Below are positions 26,865-35,387 of a stretch of DNA of 64,000 bases, piece by piece. The DNA comes from an uncultured delta proteobacterium (GTDB lineage Bacteria; Desulfobacterota; Binatia; Binatales; Binataceae). Positions within the stretch are counted from its first letter, which is position 1. Each line of letters opens with the position of its first letter. The stretch covers positions 238,922-302,921 of the forward strand of contig CAVVMA010000018.1 in NCBI GenBank assembly GCA_963749215.1. Reading direction: 5' to 3'. The translations under genes and the position numbers were made by a program. The notes under the pieces are model-generated. The model worked only from the letters and a program-made list of their open reading frames with translations. It ran no database searches and was not told the origin of the DNA.

Positions 26865-27311
26865 ATGGCTTCAGACAAGAGTTTCGAAAAGGAAACCGCT
26901 TTCGAGCGGATCGCGAATCGGACCTTCGGCGGGCTGGTGCGTTTGGGACTTGGATTCGGCCACAACTATCTGCTCGAAGTGCGCGGGCGCAAAAGCGGCA
27001 AGGTCTTTTCGACGCCGGTCAACCTGCTCGAGTACAACGGCAGGCGCTATCTGATCGCGAGTCGCGGGGAGACTCAATGGGCCCGCAACGCGCGCGCGGC
27101 AGGGCGCGTCACGCTCCGCAAGGGAATTCGCCGCCGTGACTACAAGGTCCGCGAACTCCCGGTCTCCGAGCGGCCGCCGATCCTCAAAGAATTCCTCGAT
27201 CGATTCGCGACGAGCGTGCAGCGCTTCCACGCGGTGCCGAAGGGCTCGCCGGCCGAGGCTCACGTTGCCGATGCGCCCCGCCATCCGGTGTTCGAGTTGA
27301 TTGAAGGTTGA
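26865..27311 (+). CDS. Deazaflavin (F420H2)-dependent nitroreductase/DDN-family oxidoreductase
   Basis: LLEVRGRKSGKVFSTPVNLLEYNGRRYLIASRGETQWARNARAAGRVTLRKG, the split-barrel DDN/DUF385 pattern. Start at the internal ATG at 26865. Confidence 0.75.
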   Translation: MASDKSFEKETAFERIANRTFGGLVRLGLGFGHNYLLEVRGRKSGKVFSTPVNLLEYNGRRYLIASRGETQWARNARAAGRVTLRKGIRRRDYKVRELPVSERPPILKEFLDRFATSVQRFHAVPKGSPAEAHVADAPRHPVFELIEG

Positions 27312-27338
27312 TGTGGCGGCTGACGCGCGTCGGGACCT

Positions 27339-28349
27339 TCAGATTTCGCGGTCGATCTGTTCGTCGATCAGGACGCGCAGGCTGTCGCGATAGATCGAGG
27401 GCTTGAGCTGCGTGAGGATGCGGCGCGCGACTTCGACCTGCTCCGCGGCCATCGCGCGCGCGCGATCGAGCAGGCGGGGGCTGCGCAGGATCTGCATCGC
27501 ACGCGCGAAGTCGGCGCCGTCAAGCGCGCGGCCGTTGCCGAACAGGCCGCGCAACTCGGGGTCGGACTCGACCGCGAGCACGACCGGCAGCGACGGAATT
27601 CCCTCGCGGAGATCGGAGCCGACCGGCTTGCCGGTCTTCGCTTCGGGGCCGAGCACATCGAGCAGGTCGTCGATCATCTGAAACGCGAGCCCAACTGCGC
27701 TGCCCAAATCTTCCATCGCGGCCGACATTGGAGCGGGCGCTCCGGCGAGCTTGGCCGCGACTCTGCCACCGGCCGCGAACAGCGACCCGGTCTTGCGCCC
27801 GATCACCGCCATATAGTCGGCGAGGCTCACGGCCGGGTTGCGGCGCAACCGTCCCTCCATCACTTCGCCCTCGGTCAATTGGATACAGGCCTGCGCGGCG
27901 GTCCGCACCAGATGCTCCTCGAAGCGGCCGCACAGCTCGAAGGCGCGGCAGAAAAGGTAGTCGCCGGCGACCATCGTGGGGCCCGGGCCATAGCGCATGA
28001 AGGCCGAGGGCTTGCCGCGCCGCAGCGTGCCGCCGTCGATGATATCGTCGTGAAGCAGCGTGGCCGAATGAATCAGCTCGAGCGCGATCGCGGCGTCGAC
28101 CGCGTCGCCAACCGTACGTTCATTGCCGCCGCATCCGTGATAGACAAGCAGAATGAACAGCGGGCGCAGGCGCTTGCCGCCGCCGTCGATAAGATAGTGG
28201 CAGATTTCGGAGATCAGCCGCTCGCGCGAGTCGAGCAGATGCGCGAGCTTCTCTTCGACCGCCAGCAGGTCGGCCTCGACGATATGGGCCGGGTTGAGCG
28301 GCTCGATCATCTCCGACACGGCGCTGGCTGCGGACTTTGCCTTATCCAT
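27339..28349 (-). CDS. Polyprenyl diphosphate synthase (trans-IPPS, long-chain type)
   Basis: LIHSATLLHDDIIDGGTLRRGKPS (first DDxxD) and FQMIDDLLD (second). It is the C-terminal 336 aa of the artefactual 602-aa ORF 27339..29147. Confidence 0.9.
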   Translation of the reverse strand: MDKAKSAASAVSEMIEPLNPAHIVEADLLAVEEKLAHLLDSRERLISEICHYLIDGGGKRLRPLFILLVYHGCGGNERTVGDAVDAAIALELIHSATLLHDDIIDGGTLRRGKPSAFMRYGPGPTMVAGDYLFCRAFELCGRFEEHLVRTAAQACIQLTEGEVMEGRLRRNPAVSLADYMAVIGRKTGSLFAAGGRVAAKLAGAPAPMSAAMEDLGSAVGLAFQMIDDLLDVLGPEAKTGKPVGSDLREGIPSLPVVLAVESDPELRGLFGNGRALDGADFARAMQILRSPRLLDRARAMAAEQVEVARRILTQLKPSIYRDSLRVLIDEQIDREI

Positions 28350-28369
28350 ATTCAACGAAGTAAGTCGAT

Positions 28370-29147
28370 TCAACGAAATAAGTCGGCTTCGGCCGGCCGA
28401 ATCAGCGCCTTCGCGCCGCCCTCGGACGGATCGTATTTGTAGCCGCGCACGAGCACGGCCGGGACCGCCTCGGCCTTGCCCATCAGCAAGCCCGCCGCCG
28501 ACGCGATCTCGTCGGCGATCGCGACGACCGTATGATGGAGTTCGCGGCCGGCCAAATCGGTGGTGCCGCGCAGATCGAGCATCGGGTTCATGCCGGCGAT
28601 TCCGAGGCAAATTTCGGTGAGGCCGTCGCGCCACGGACGCCCGAAGGTATCGGTAACGAGCACCGCGACCTCGACGCCGGTCAATCGCTTCAACTCGGCG
28701 CGGATTCGCGCCGCCGAGGCGTCGGGATCGACCGGCAGCAGAATCGCGCAGTCGTCGCTTCATGCTGTTCGACTCGTCCACTCCCGCATTGGCGCAGACC
28801 CATCCGGGCCCGGTTTCGACGATAAGCACCGCGCGATCCATCCGCACGATCCGGCTGGTCTGCCTGAGCACGATTTCGACCGCACGCGGATCCTTGTCCC
28901 ATCGCCGGGCGAAGTTGATCGCCAGCTCCGAAGGCTCGACCTCCCTGAGATCAACCAGCCGGCCCTCGGACTTCGAGATTACCTTCTGGCAGATCACAAC
29001 GATATCGCCGTGAGCCAGGGTAAGCCCGCCCTTTTCCAGCGCTCGCGTCAGAAGCCCGGCGAGATCGTCGCCCTGCTTGACCAGAGGCATCCCCTCAATC
29101 GGGGTCAGGGTCAGGGTAGCCACAAGAAGCTTAAGCCTACACCTCAA
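28370..29147 (-). pseudogene. cofE: F420-0:gamma-glutamyl ligase CofE with one +1 frame change near 28755-28762
   Basis: N-terminal part (LTPIEGMPLVKQGDDLAGLL...ICQKVISKSEGR...VCANAGVDESNS) is in the frame of ORF ..29147. The continuation DDCAILLPVDPDASAARIRAELKRLTGVEVAVLVTDTFGRPWRDG... is in the frame of ORF 28370..28693. Confidence 0.8.
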
Positions 29148-30093
29148 GGGCGCGCAGAACCACGTCCGCGAGCCGGGCCGCGCGCGCCGGAGTACTCATA
29201 ATAGTATCGGCGGCCACGGCCCTCATGCCAAGCTTTTCGATCTGGGCAACGTAGCGCCAATCGACCCTGTCGAGCACGAAGACGCTCGCGATGTCGCGAT
29301 ATAGTTTAGCGACGCCGAGCGGCGAGACCTCATGGCCGAGCCCGCGCATCATCTTGTCGGCGGGTCCCTTGATAGTTTTGCCGCCGACGATCGGGCTGAT
29401 CGCGGCGACGCGCGCGCGCACCGACCTGAGCGCCGCGCGCATCCTGCGCAGCGCGAGTATCGGGCCGATCGAGACGAAGGGATTCGACGGCGCCAGGATC
29501 GCCGCGGCACAGGCCCTGATCGCCGCGATCGCCGCGGGCAGCGGATGAGCGCGAGCGATGCCGCGGAGCTCGATTCGCTCGACGCGTCCGCGCGCGCGGC
29601 CGCGCACGAAATATTCCTGGAAAGGAATCGCCGGGCGGCCGCGCAGCTTCACGAAAGTGCGCACGCGGTCGTCGCTCATCGGAAGGATTCTCGCCCGCAC
29701 TCCGAAGCGCCCGGCGATCTCGCGCGTGATTCGGCTCAGCGCGACGCCGCGGCTCAATTGCTCGGTGCGGAACAGATGGGTGGCGAGGTCCCGATCGCCG
29801 AGCGCGAACCATCCGGGGCCGTAGAAGCGCTCGAGCGCACCGAGCGCGTTGAAGCTCTCCTGGTCGAGGCCCCATCCGTGCGCGCGGGAGACCACTTGGG
29901 CGAGCGTGTAGATAACGGTGTCGATATCGGGTGATACATGGAGCCCGTAGAAGTGTTCGTCGTCGCCGGTATTGACGATGACGGTCAGGCGGCCGGGATC
30001 GACCCGGCGGACCAGGCCGCGCAGGAATTTAGCCGCACCCACTCCCCCCGCCAGCGTGATGATCGTGCTGGTGTTCGATGGGCCGCGCTCCAT
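29137..30093 (-). CDS. cofD: 2-phospho-L-lactate transferase
   Basis: IITLAGGVGAAKFLRGL...IVNTGDD...GLHVSPDIDTVIYTL...GDRDLATHL...SNPFVSIGPIL. Start at the ATG at 30093. Confidence 0.9.
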   Translation of the reverse strand: MERGPSNTSTIITLAGGVGAAKFLRGLVRRVDPGRLTVIVNTGDDEHFYGLHVSPDIDTVIYTLAQVVSRAHGWGLDQESFNALGALERFYGPGWFALGDRDLATHLFRTEQLSRGVALSRITREIAGRFGVRARILPMSDDRVRTFVKLRGRPAIPFQEYFVRGRARGRVERIELRGIARAHPLPAAIAAIRACAAAILAPSNPFVSIGPILALRRMRAALRSVRARVAAISPIVGGKTIKGPADKMMRGLGHEVSPLGVAKLYRDIASVFVLDRVDWRYVAQIEKLGMRAVAADTIMSTPARAARLADVVLRALEV

Positions 30094-31274
30094 TGGGCGC
30101 CTTTCTTCCGTAGAGCTTCCTGTAGGTCGTTGTGCGCTCGACCGCGACGCGTCCAATCTCACGCGCTTTTTCCTCGATCACATCTACGGGCACGAACTCT
30201 CCGGCGGTGCCGCCGGCCTGCGCCGTGATGCTCTCCTCCATCAGCGTGCCCGAGAAGTCGTTGCATCCGGTCTTCAGCGTGATCGCCGCGAGATCGACGC
30301 CGAGCTTCACCCACGAAGTCTGGAGATTGTCGATCCAGCCGCGCAGGAACAGCCGCGAGAACGCATACATCCTGAGATCCGGCAGTCCGGTCTCCGATGG
30401 CGTCACCAGTCCCTTGCGATAGAGCACGGTGTTCTCGTGGATAAAGCGCAGCGGCACGAATTCGGTGATGCCAGCGGGTCTGCTTCTGAATATCGCGGAG
30501 CAGGCTCAGATGGTTGACCACGTGGCGCGGACTTTCGAGATGGCCATACATGATCGTCGAGGTGGTCGGCACGCCGAGCGAATGCGCGGTCGTGATGATA
30601 TCCACCCACGCGGCCACATCGACCTTTTTGTGGCTTAAGATTTCGCGGACGCTGTCGTCGAGAATTTCCGCCGCGGTGCCGGGAATCGATCCAAGTCCGT
30701 TGTCACGGAGCATCGCGATATACTCGCGATATTCCATCTGCACGCGCCGCGCGCCGTACATGATCTCCATCGGCGAGAAGGCGTGGACGTGGATCTCGGG
30801 GAATTCGCTCTTAATCGCGCGCAGCAGGTCGCGATACTTGAACGGCGGCATGTCGGGATTGATCCCGCCCTGCATGCAGATTTCGGTTGCGCCCCGGGCC
30901 TGCGCGTCCGCGACCTTTGCCAGGATGACGTCGTCGCCATGGTCGTAGGCGTCGGATTCCCACTTCTGGCGCTTGAAGCCGCAGAACTGGCATCCGACGA
31001 AACAGATATTGGTGAAGTTGATATTGCGATTGACGACGTAGGTTACTTCGTCGCCGACATCTTCGGCGCGCGCGAGGTCCGCGCACTTGATGACGGCGCG
31101 CAGGTCGTCGCCCTCGGCGGTGTACAGCGCGAGGCCCTCTTCGGCGGTCAGCTCACCGCGCCGGAGGCTCTTTTCGAGCGCGGCGCGCACGCTCGCCGAC
31201 GCCGGGCGCATCAGGACGTTGAGCGGCGTCGCCTCGATCTCGTTCACATAGCCGCGAAGTTCAGCGAGGTTCAC
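30029..31274 (-). pseudogene. cofH: FO synthase subunit 2 (radical SAM) CofH with one +1 frame change near 30474
   Basis: NINFTNICFVGCQFCGF (CxxxCxxC)...CMQGGINP...LLRDIQKQT, then the frame switches to (A)GITEFVPLRFIHENTVLY...NDFSGTLMEE (ORF 30029..30457). The 3' end overlaps cofD by ~65 nt. Confidence 0.8.
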
Positions 31275-32473
31275 GCGTTACCTCCAGTGCCGGTGCCAAT
31301 CTCGATCGCAAGTCGATGCAGTCCCGGCGTGAGCCGCGGGTCCACCCATTCATCATTTATATATTCGGGATAGATTGCCAGACGTTCGTCGAGCCGGAAA
31401 CCCGCGCGGGCGCATCGCTCGGCGAGCATCGCGATATGCGGCCACGGCGCTTCCGGATTGACGTAGTCCTTGCTGAGCGGGGAAATACCGCCCCAGTCAT
31501 TGATCCCGGCGCTCAGGAACAGCTCGATAGAATTCGGCGACAGATTCGGCGGCGCCTGCACGTTCATCCGGCCACCCAGGACCAGCCGGGCGGTCGCGAT
31601 CGCGCGCGCCATCTCGGTCTCGTCGGGCTCGGGCGCGCCGGCCATCGCGATCCCGGGCTTGGCGCGGAAATTCTGGATGATCACTTCCTGGATATGGCCG
31701 TGACGCTCGTGCAGGTCGCGAATCGCAACGATACTCTGCGCGCGCTCGGCCGGCGTCTCGCCGATCCCGAGCAGGATTCCGGTGGTGAAGGGGATTTTCA
31801 GCTCGCCGGCCTCGTCGATCATCCGCATCCGCAGCGCGGGATCTTTGTCGGGCGCCGCCTGATGGACCCCGCCGCGCTCACGCAGGCGCGGCGAGATATT
31901 TTCGAGCATCAGACCCATGCTGGCGTTGAGCGGCCTGAGCGCGCGCATCTCGTCGCGGGTCATCAAGCCGGCGTTGGTATGGGGCAGCAATCCTTCTTCG
32001 AGCGCCAGCTCGCACGCCCGCCCGACGTGTTCGATCGTGGTCCGCACGCCGAGCGATTTGAGGGTTTCGCGATATTCGCGAAACGCGACCTCAGGCTTGT
32101 CGCCGAGGCACATCAACGCTTCCTTGCAGCCGAGCTTGCGCCCCTGGCGCGACCACTCGGCGATCTCGTCGGGCATCATGGTCCACGCGCCCGGATCGCC
32201 GGGATCCTTGCGGAACGTGCAGTAGCTGCATCGATCGCGGCACAGATTCGTGATCGGCAGGAAGACCTTGCGCGAGTAGGTAACGTCGCGGCCCTTGGAA
32301 AGATCGCGCATCGCGGCCGCCGTGCGGAGAATCGCGGGCAACTCGCCGTCGGAACATTCGATCAGCGCGATCGCATCGGCCTCGGACAGTCTGCCGCCCA
32401 AGAGCGCGCGATCGAGAATCTCGCGAATGCGTATCGCGAATCGGCGACGACTCGGCGTCCCCGGGCGAGACAA
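31271..32473 (-). CDS. cofG: FO synthase subunit 1 (radical SAM)
   Basis: VTYSRKVFLPITNLCRDRCSYCTF...CLGDKPE...GLLPHTNAG...FTTGILLGIGE. Has a 4-nt overlap with cofH. Confidence 0.9.
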   Translation of the reverse strand: MSRPGTPSRRRFAIRIREILDRALLGGRLSEADAIALIECSDGELPAILRTAAAMRDLSKGRDVTYSRKVFLPITNLCRDRCSYCTFRKDPGDPGAWTMMPDEIAEWSRQGRKLGCKEALMCLGDKPEVAFREYRETLKSLGVRTTIEHVGRACELALEEGLLPHTNAGLMTRDEMRALRPLNASMGLMLENISPRLRERGGVHQAAPDKDPALRMRMIDEAGELKIPFTTGILLGIGETPAERAQSIVAIRDLHERHGHIQEVIIQNFRAKPGIAMAGAPEPDETEMARAIATARLVLGGRMNVQAPPNLSPNSIELFLSAGINDWGGISPLSKDYVNPEAPWPHIAMLAERCARAGFRLDERLAIYPEYINDEWVDPRLTPGLHRLAIEIGTGTGGNA

Positions 32474-32680
32474 GTTGCTCCAGCGTCATGACTGATCGCG
32501 GTTATAGGTCATCGGGTATGGTGAGGCAACCAAGGCGCTATCAGCCTTTCCCGCGCCCTGTCTCAGAGTTGAATCCGCATTTCTGGAGCGGGTGAACGGT
32601 TTCCGAACCGTCGGCCTTGTGCTTGGCAAGCGAGGATGGCAAGCAACGTCGTCACCGAATGGCTGAGCGATCTCGACTTG

Positions 32681-33028
32681 TCAGATCGTAATGAAAGCGT
32701 TCAGCTTGGCGCGGACGAGCTGCGCAACCTCAGTCGGCACGGCAGCGCCCGCGTAACGGACGCGGCGGGCTATCGCGTCGATACTGCGGAGGTGGCTGGT
32801 CAGGATTTCGCCGGCGATCGGCAAGCCCGGCGGCAGAACGACGCTGGTCGGAAATGGCCGCACGCGTGACGTGATAGGGCAGACGATTGCCAGCCCGGTG
32901 TTCTCGGTAAACCTGGCAGAAGAAACCACCAGAGCCGGCCGCCGGCCTGCCTGCTCCCTGCCTCTGGTGGGCTCAAAATCGGTCCAGATCAGATCGCCGG
33001 CGCCGGGTGCGTAGGCTCGCCGAGTCAT
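32681..33028 (-). CDS. mazF: MazF/PemK-family endoribonuclease toxin
   Basis: GDLIWTDFEPTRGREQAGRRPALVVS...AIVCPITSRVRPFPTSVVL...ILTSHLRSID. Confidence 0.85.
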   Translation of the reverse strand: MTRRAYAPGAGDLIWTDFEPTRGREQAGRRPALVVSSARFTENTGLAIVCPITSRVRPFPTSVVLPPGLPIAGEILTSHLRSIDAIARRVRYAGAAVPTEVAQLVRAKLNAFITI

Positions 33029-33297
33029 TCTTCGACGATCTCACGGCCCACGTCCGGTCCCCAATTGAAGGCCCCGGCATAGGCCGCCCGCCACTGCTTA
33101 GGGCTCTTGCCCGCGAACAGCTCGTCCAAAGTAAAATGGGGAACGCTACGCCGGATCACGATCCCCCCGTCGTGAGTCTCAATCTCGACGCGCTCGCCGG
33201 CGCTAAGCGCGGCGGCCCTCACGGTCTCGCCCGGCAAGCGGATCGCGAGATTTCTTCCCCATTTCCCGACTATAGCTTGACGCAGAGTGTCTCCCAT
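33025..33297 (-). CDS. mazE: AbrB/MazE/SpoVT-type antitoxin
   Basis: IVGKWGRNLAIRLPGETVRAAALSAGERVEIETHDGGIVI swapped-hairpin pattern. Has a 4-nt overlap with mazF. Confidence 0.8.
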   Translation of the reverse strand: MGDTLRQAIVGKWGRNLAIRLPGETVRAAALSAGERVEIETHDGGIVIRRSVPHFTLDELFAGKSPKQWRAAYAGAFNWGPDVGREIVEE

Positions 33298-33371
33298 CGT
33301 GGGATATTCCTAGCATATCCCGTCCTGACGGGTCAAAAGCAGAGCTTGCCAAGCACGAGGTCGACGCAGAC

Positions 33372-33689
33372 TTATTTCTCCTTGAGGCGTGGATCGTCGG
33401 TCGCCATGCATTGAGAACTGACGATTGCGTCTCCATAGATTTTGTTGGCCCGTGATGGATTGGCCGCAAATTTACTCTTGGCGATCTTGATCATGTTTAT
33501 CTGCATCGTACTGCAATCTACTGCTGTATCGTGGGGACTGGTGATGCTCCATTTCGCCAGTGGAGCATCAAGATCGACTCCTCCAAGCGGGTCGCTAGAG
33601 GCAGGAGGGACCATCAGGTACCAGCCCGCGAGCGCGAGCGCGGCGGCGTGGCAGAGATTTATGCCTTTGCGGCAGCGCACTTCTTGCAA
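33372..33689 (-). CDS. Small secreted hypothetical protein
   Basis: Signal-like LCHAAALALAGWYLMVPP, two Cys, low GC. No domain recognised. Confidence 0.4.
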   Translation of the reverse strand: MQEVRCRKGINLCHAAALALAGWYLMVPPASSDPLGGVDLDAPLAKWSITSPHDTAVDCSTMQINMIKIAKSKFAANPSRANKIYGDAIVSSQCMATDDPRLKEK

Positions 33690-34009
33690 GCACGTTCGAT
33701 ACGGCGCACATGAGTAAGAATAGATTGCAACGGTTTGACAACCTTGAAGATGCGGCCGAACTGTACCTGAGTTGCGGCTGTAGGGGTTCTGGTTTTGGTG
33801 AATTTCAGAGCTTGGTCGTTGGTCATCTCCCCCAATTTTGAAACACGGTGGAGCTGGTCACCGGGCTGCCGGGGGGCCCGAAGCAGCCCTTCGATGTGGG
33901 AGCAAATTTCATTGACTCGTTCGCGTTTTTCGATCAACGGCTTGAATATTTCAGAAAGCTCGTGAACAAGGTCTTCGAAATTGTCCACGGATCGTTCTTC
34001 CTGCGTCAT
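33659..34009 (-). CDS. Hypothetical helical protein (116 aa)
   Basis: Internal ATG at 34009 gives MTQEERSVDNFEDLVHELSEIFKPLIEKRERV... Low GC. Overlaps the downstream ORF by 31 nt. No domain recognised. Confidence 0.35.
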   Translation of the reverse strand: MTQEERSVDNFEDLVHELSEIFKPLIEKRERVNEICSHIEGLLRAPRQPGDQLHRVSKLGEMTNDQALKFTKTRTPTAATQVQFGRIFKVVKPLQSILTHVRRIERACKKCAAAKA

Positions 34010-34180
34010 GGTATCACCCCGTTGCGGATCATCCTGCCTTTCCCAATGCCTGAAATAAAGAGCGGCCCCGATCCCGGGGGAACAGGGCTCGGGTTCGCTG
34101 ACCCCCGCCGTAAACACGGCCCACATCCGTGTTTCGCATCGATTGCGAGCGGCCGGGTCCCCGCACCGGGAGGCGCTCTG

Positions 34181-34215
34181 TTCGGAAATTCTAGTTCGGA
34201 AATTCTAGTTCGAAG
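34181..34215. repeat. 14-bp tandem repeat TTCGGAAATTCTAG x2.5 in a divergent intergenic region
   Basis: TTCGGAAATTCTAG TTCGGAAATTCTAG TTCGAAG. A further TTCTAGAG follows 25 nt downstream. Confidence 0.8.
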
Positions 34216-34303
34216 TCCTGCTTCACGCCGATCCGCATCTTCTAGAGTTTCTAATTTGTCAACCCTGTTCAAGGAGCGCACTCTATTGGAGGAGGTCGCA
34301 GAA

Positions 34304-34504
34304 ATGGAACACGTAAGAGAAAGCCCGTTTCCGCGCGTTCTGAGAGAAGCTGGAATCATAATCGTGGATGACGTGTGTACGTGCGGGCATCGTTGCAGCG
34401 AACACGCGGACAGACTCCAATTCGGGCATGGGCGTTGCAGCATCGTTGAATGTGCTTGCGACCAGTTCCGCTGGGAGGCGTTCGTGGAGTTGCCACTCCA
34501 GTAG
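34304..34504 (+). CDS. Hypothetical Cys/His-rich 66-aa protein (possible zinc binder)
   Basis: MEHVRES...VDDVCTCGHRCSEHADRLQFGHGRCSIVECACDQF. GGAGGAGG Shine-Dalgarno-like sequence upstream. Confidence 0.35.
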   Translation: MEHVRESPFPRVLREAGIIIVDDVCTCGHRCSEHADRLQFGHGRCSIVECACDQFRWEAFVELPLQ

Positions 34505-34530
34505 GCGGGGCGATAGAGCGGAGGCGCTGT

Positions 34531-34914
34531 GTGTTACCGGATTGGCTAACAAATCCACGTAGAATCCCGGAAGCCGGTTGGGTCTTTTGGTCAACGCTTA
34601 TCGCTTGGGCCATATCTCGAAAGGTTTTTCCACAAAGATTCCCCCGCTTCAAGGCCGTACTGAGTTATGCGTTGTGGGGTGGACTTGTGATATTTCTCGG
34701 ACTGCTCCTTGCAGTCCTGGTGCATCCGATCGAAATATCAGAGCAGGCTGGCAAAACTGTCGGTTACACGTTCGTGGTTTGGGTCTTCTCCGGGCTCTTT
34801 CCGCTGCGGTTGAAGACCTTCGTCAACGACGTTTTTATGGGCGAGCTTGTTTTCATCGGCCTGATCCTTGTTGTCTTTGGGATCGAGTTGGGGGTTGTCT
34901 GGCTAGCTGGCTGA
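34531..34914 (+). CDS. Hypothetical membrane protein (3-4 TM)
   Basis: WVFWSTLIAWAI...AVLSYALWGGLVIFLGLLLAVLV...YTFVVWVFSGLFPL...LVFIGLILVVFGIELGVVWLAG. Start uncertain (GTG at 34531 chosen). Confidence 0.4.
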   Translation: MLPDWLTNPRRIPEAGWVFWSTLIAWAISRKVFPQRFPRFKAVLSYALWGGLVIFLGLLLAVLVHPIEISEQAGKTVGYTFVVWVFSGLFPLRLKTFVNDVFMGELVFIGLILVVFGIELGVVWLAG

Positions 34915-35069
34915 GCAGATGGGGCCGGAAGCCCGAAGGCTCTCGGCCCCGTGATCCGCGATCGCGGCCGGTCTACTTCTTCGCGCGCTTCGCCCTCTTG
35001 GCCCTCGCGGCCGATCTCTACCGATCGGGAAAGCACTTCTTGCATCGGGCGTCCTAGTCCTACTCGATC

Positions 35070-35387
35070 TTAGCTGGCGTGCGCGGATTGGCCGAGCGCG
35101 ATTTCAGGCGGCGCGACGCGGGAGTCGTCCGAACGTCGCCCGCCCCGAGCCAGCCGCTGTGCCGCAGTCGCGACGGAGACAGTTCTCCCACGGAGTCGCT
35201 TCGCCAGCAGGTCGCGGAACCCCGGGTTTTGGTCGATGAGCTGTTCGATCAGGTCGTCGTCCTCTTCGAGAGGAACCAATTGAAACGACGGCCTGCCATT
35301 GACGGTGACTACCACCGGCTCGTCATGGCACAGATTGCCATAGCGGCTCAGCTTGGACTTGGCTTCACTCAGTGGAACGACTTTCAT
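35070..35387 (-). CDS. Phd/YefM-family antitoxin with extended C-terminal tail
   Basis: MKVVPLSEAKSKLSRYGNLCHDEPVVVTVNGRPSFQLVPLEEDD. Confidence 0.8.
   Translation of the reverse strand: MKVVPLSEAKSKLSRYGNLCHDEPVVVTVNGRPSFQLVPLEEDDDLIEQLIDQNPGFRDLLAKRLRGRTVSVATAAQRLARGGRRSDDSRVAPPEIALGQSAHAS

Noticed and set aside
27339-29147. The 602-aa ORF looks like a CofE-polyprenyl synthase fusion protein.
   Set aside because: Only the first ~128 and last ~336 residues make sense. The ~140 residues between are Arg-rich nonsense, and the real CofE C-terminus is in another frame (28370..28693). The apparent fusion is read-through caused by the cofE frameshift.
30029-30093. 65-nt overlap of the cofH 3' end with the cofD start as a programmed overlap or fusion.
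   Set aside because: The cofH tail after ...ERTTTYRKLY is non-conserved-looking. Given the indel load it could equally reflect another small error or simply a late stop. There is not enough evidence for a separate claim.
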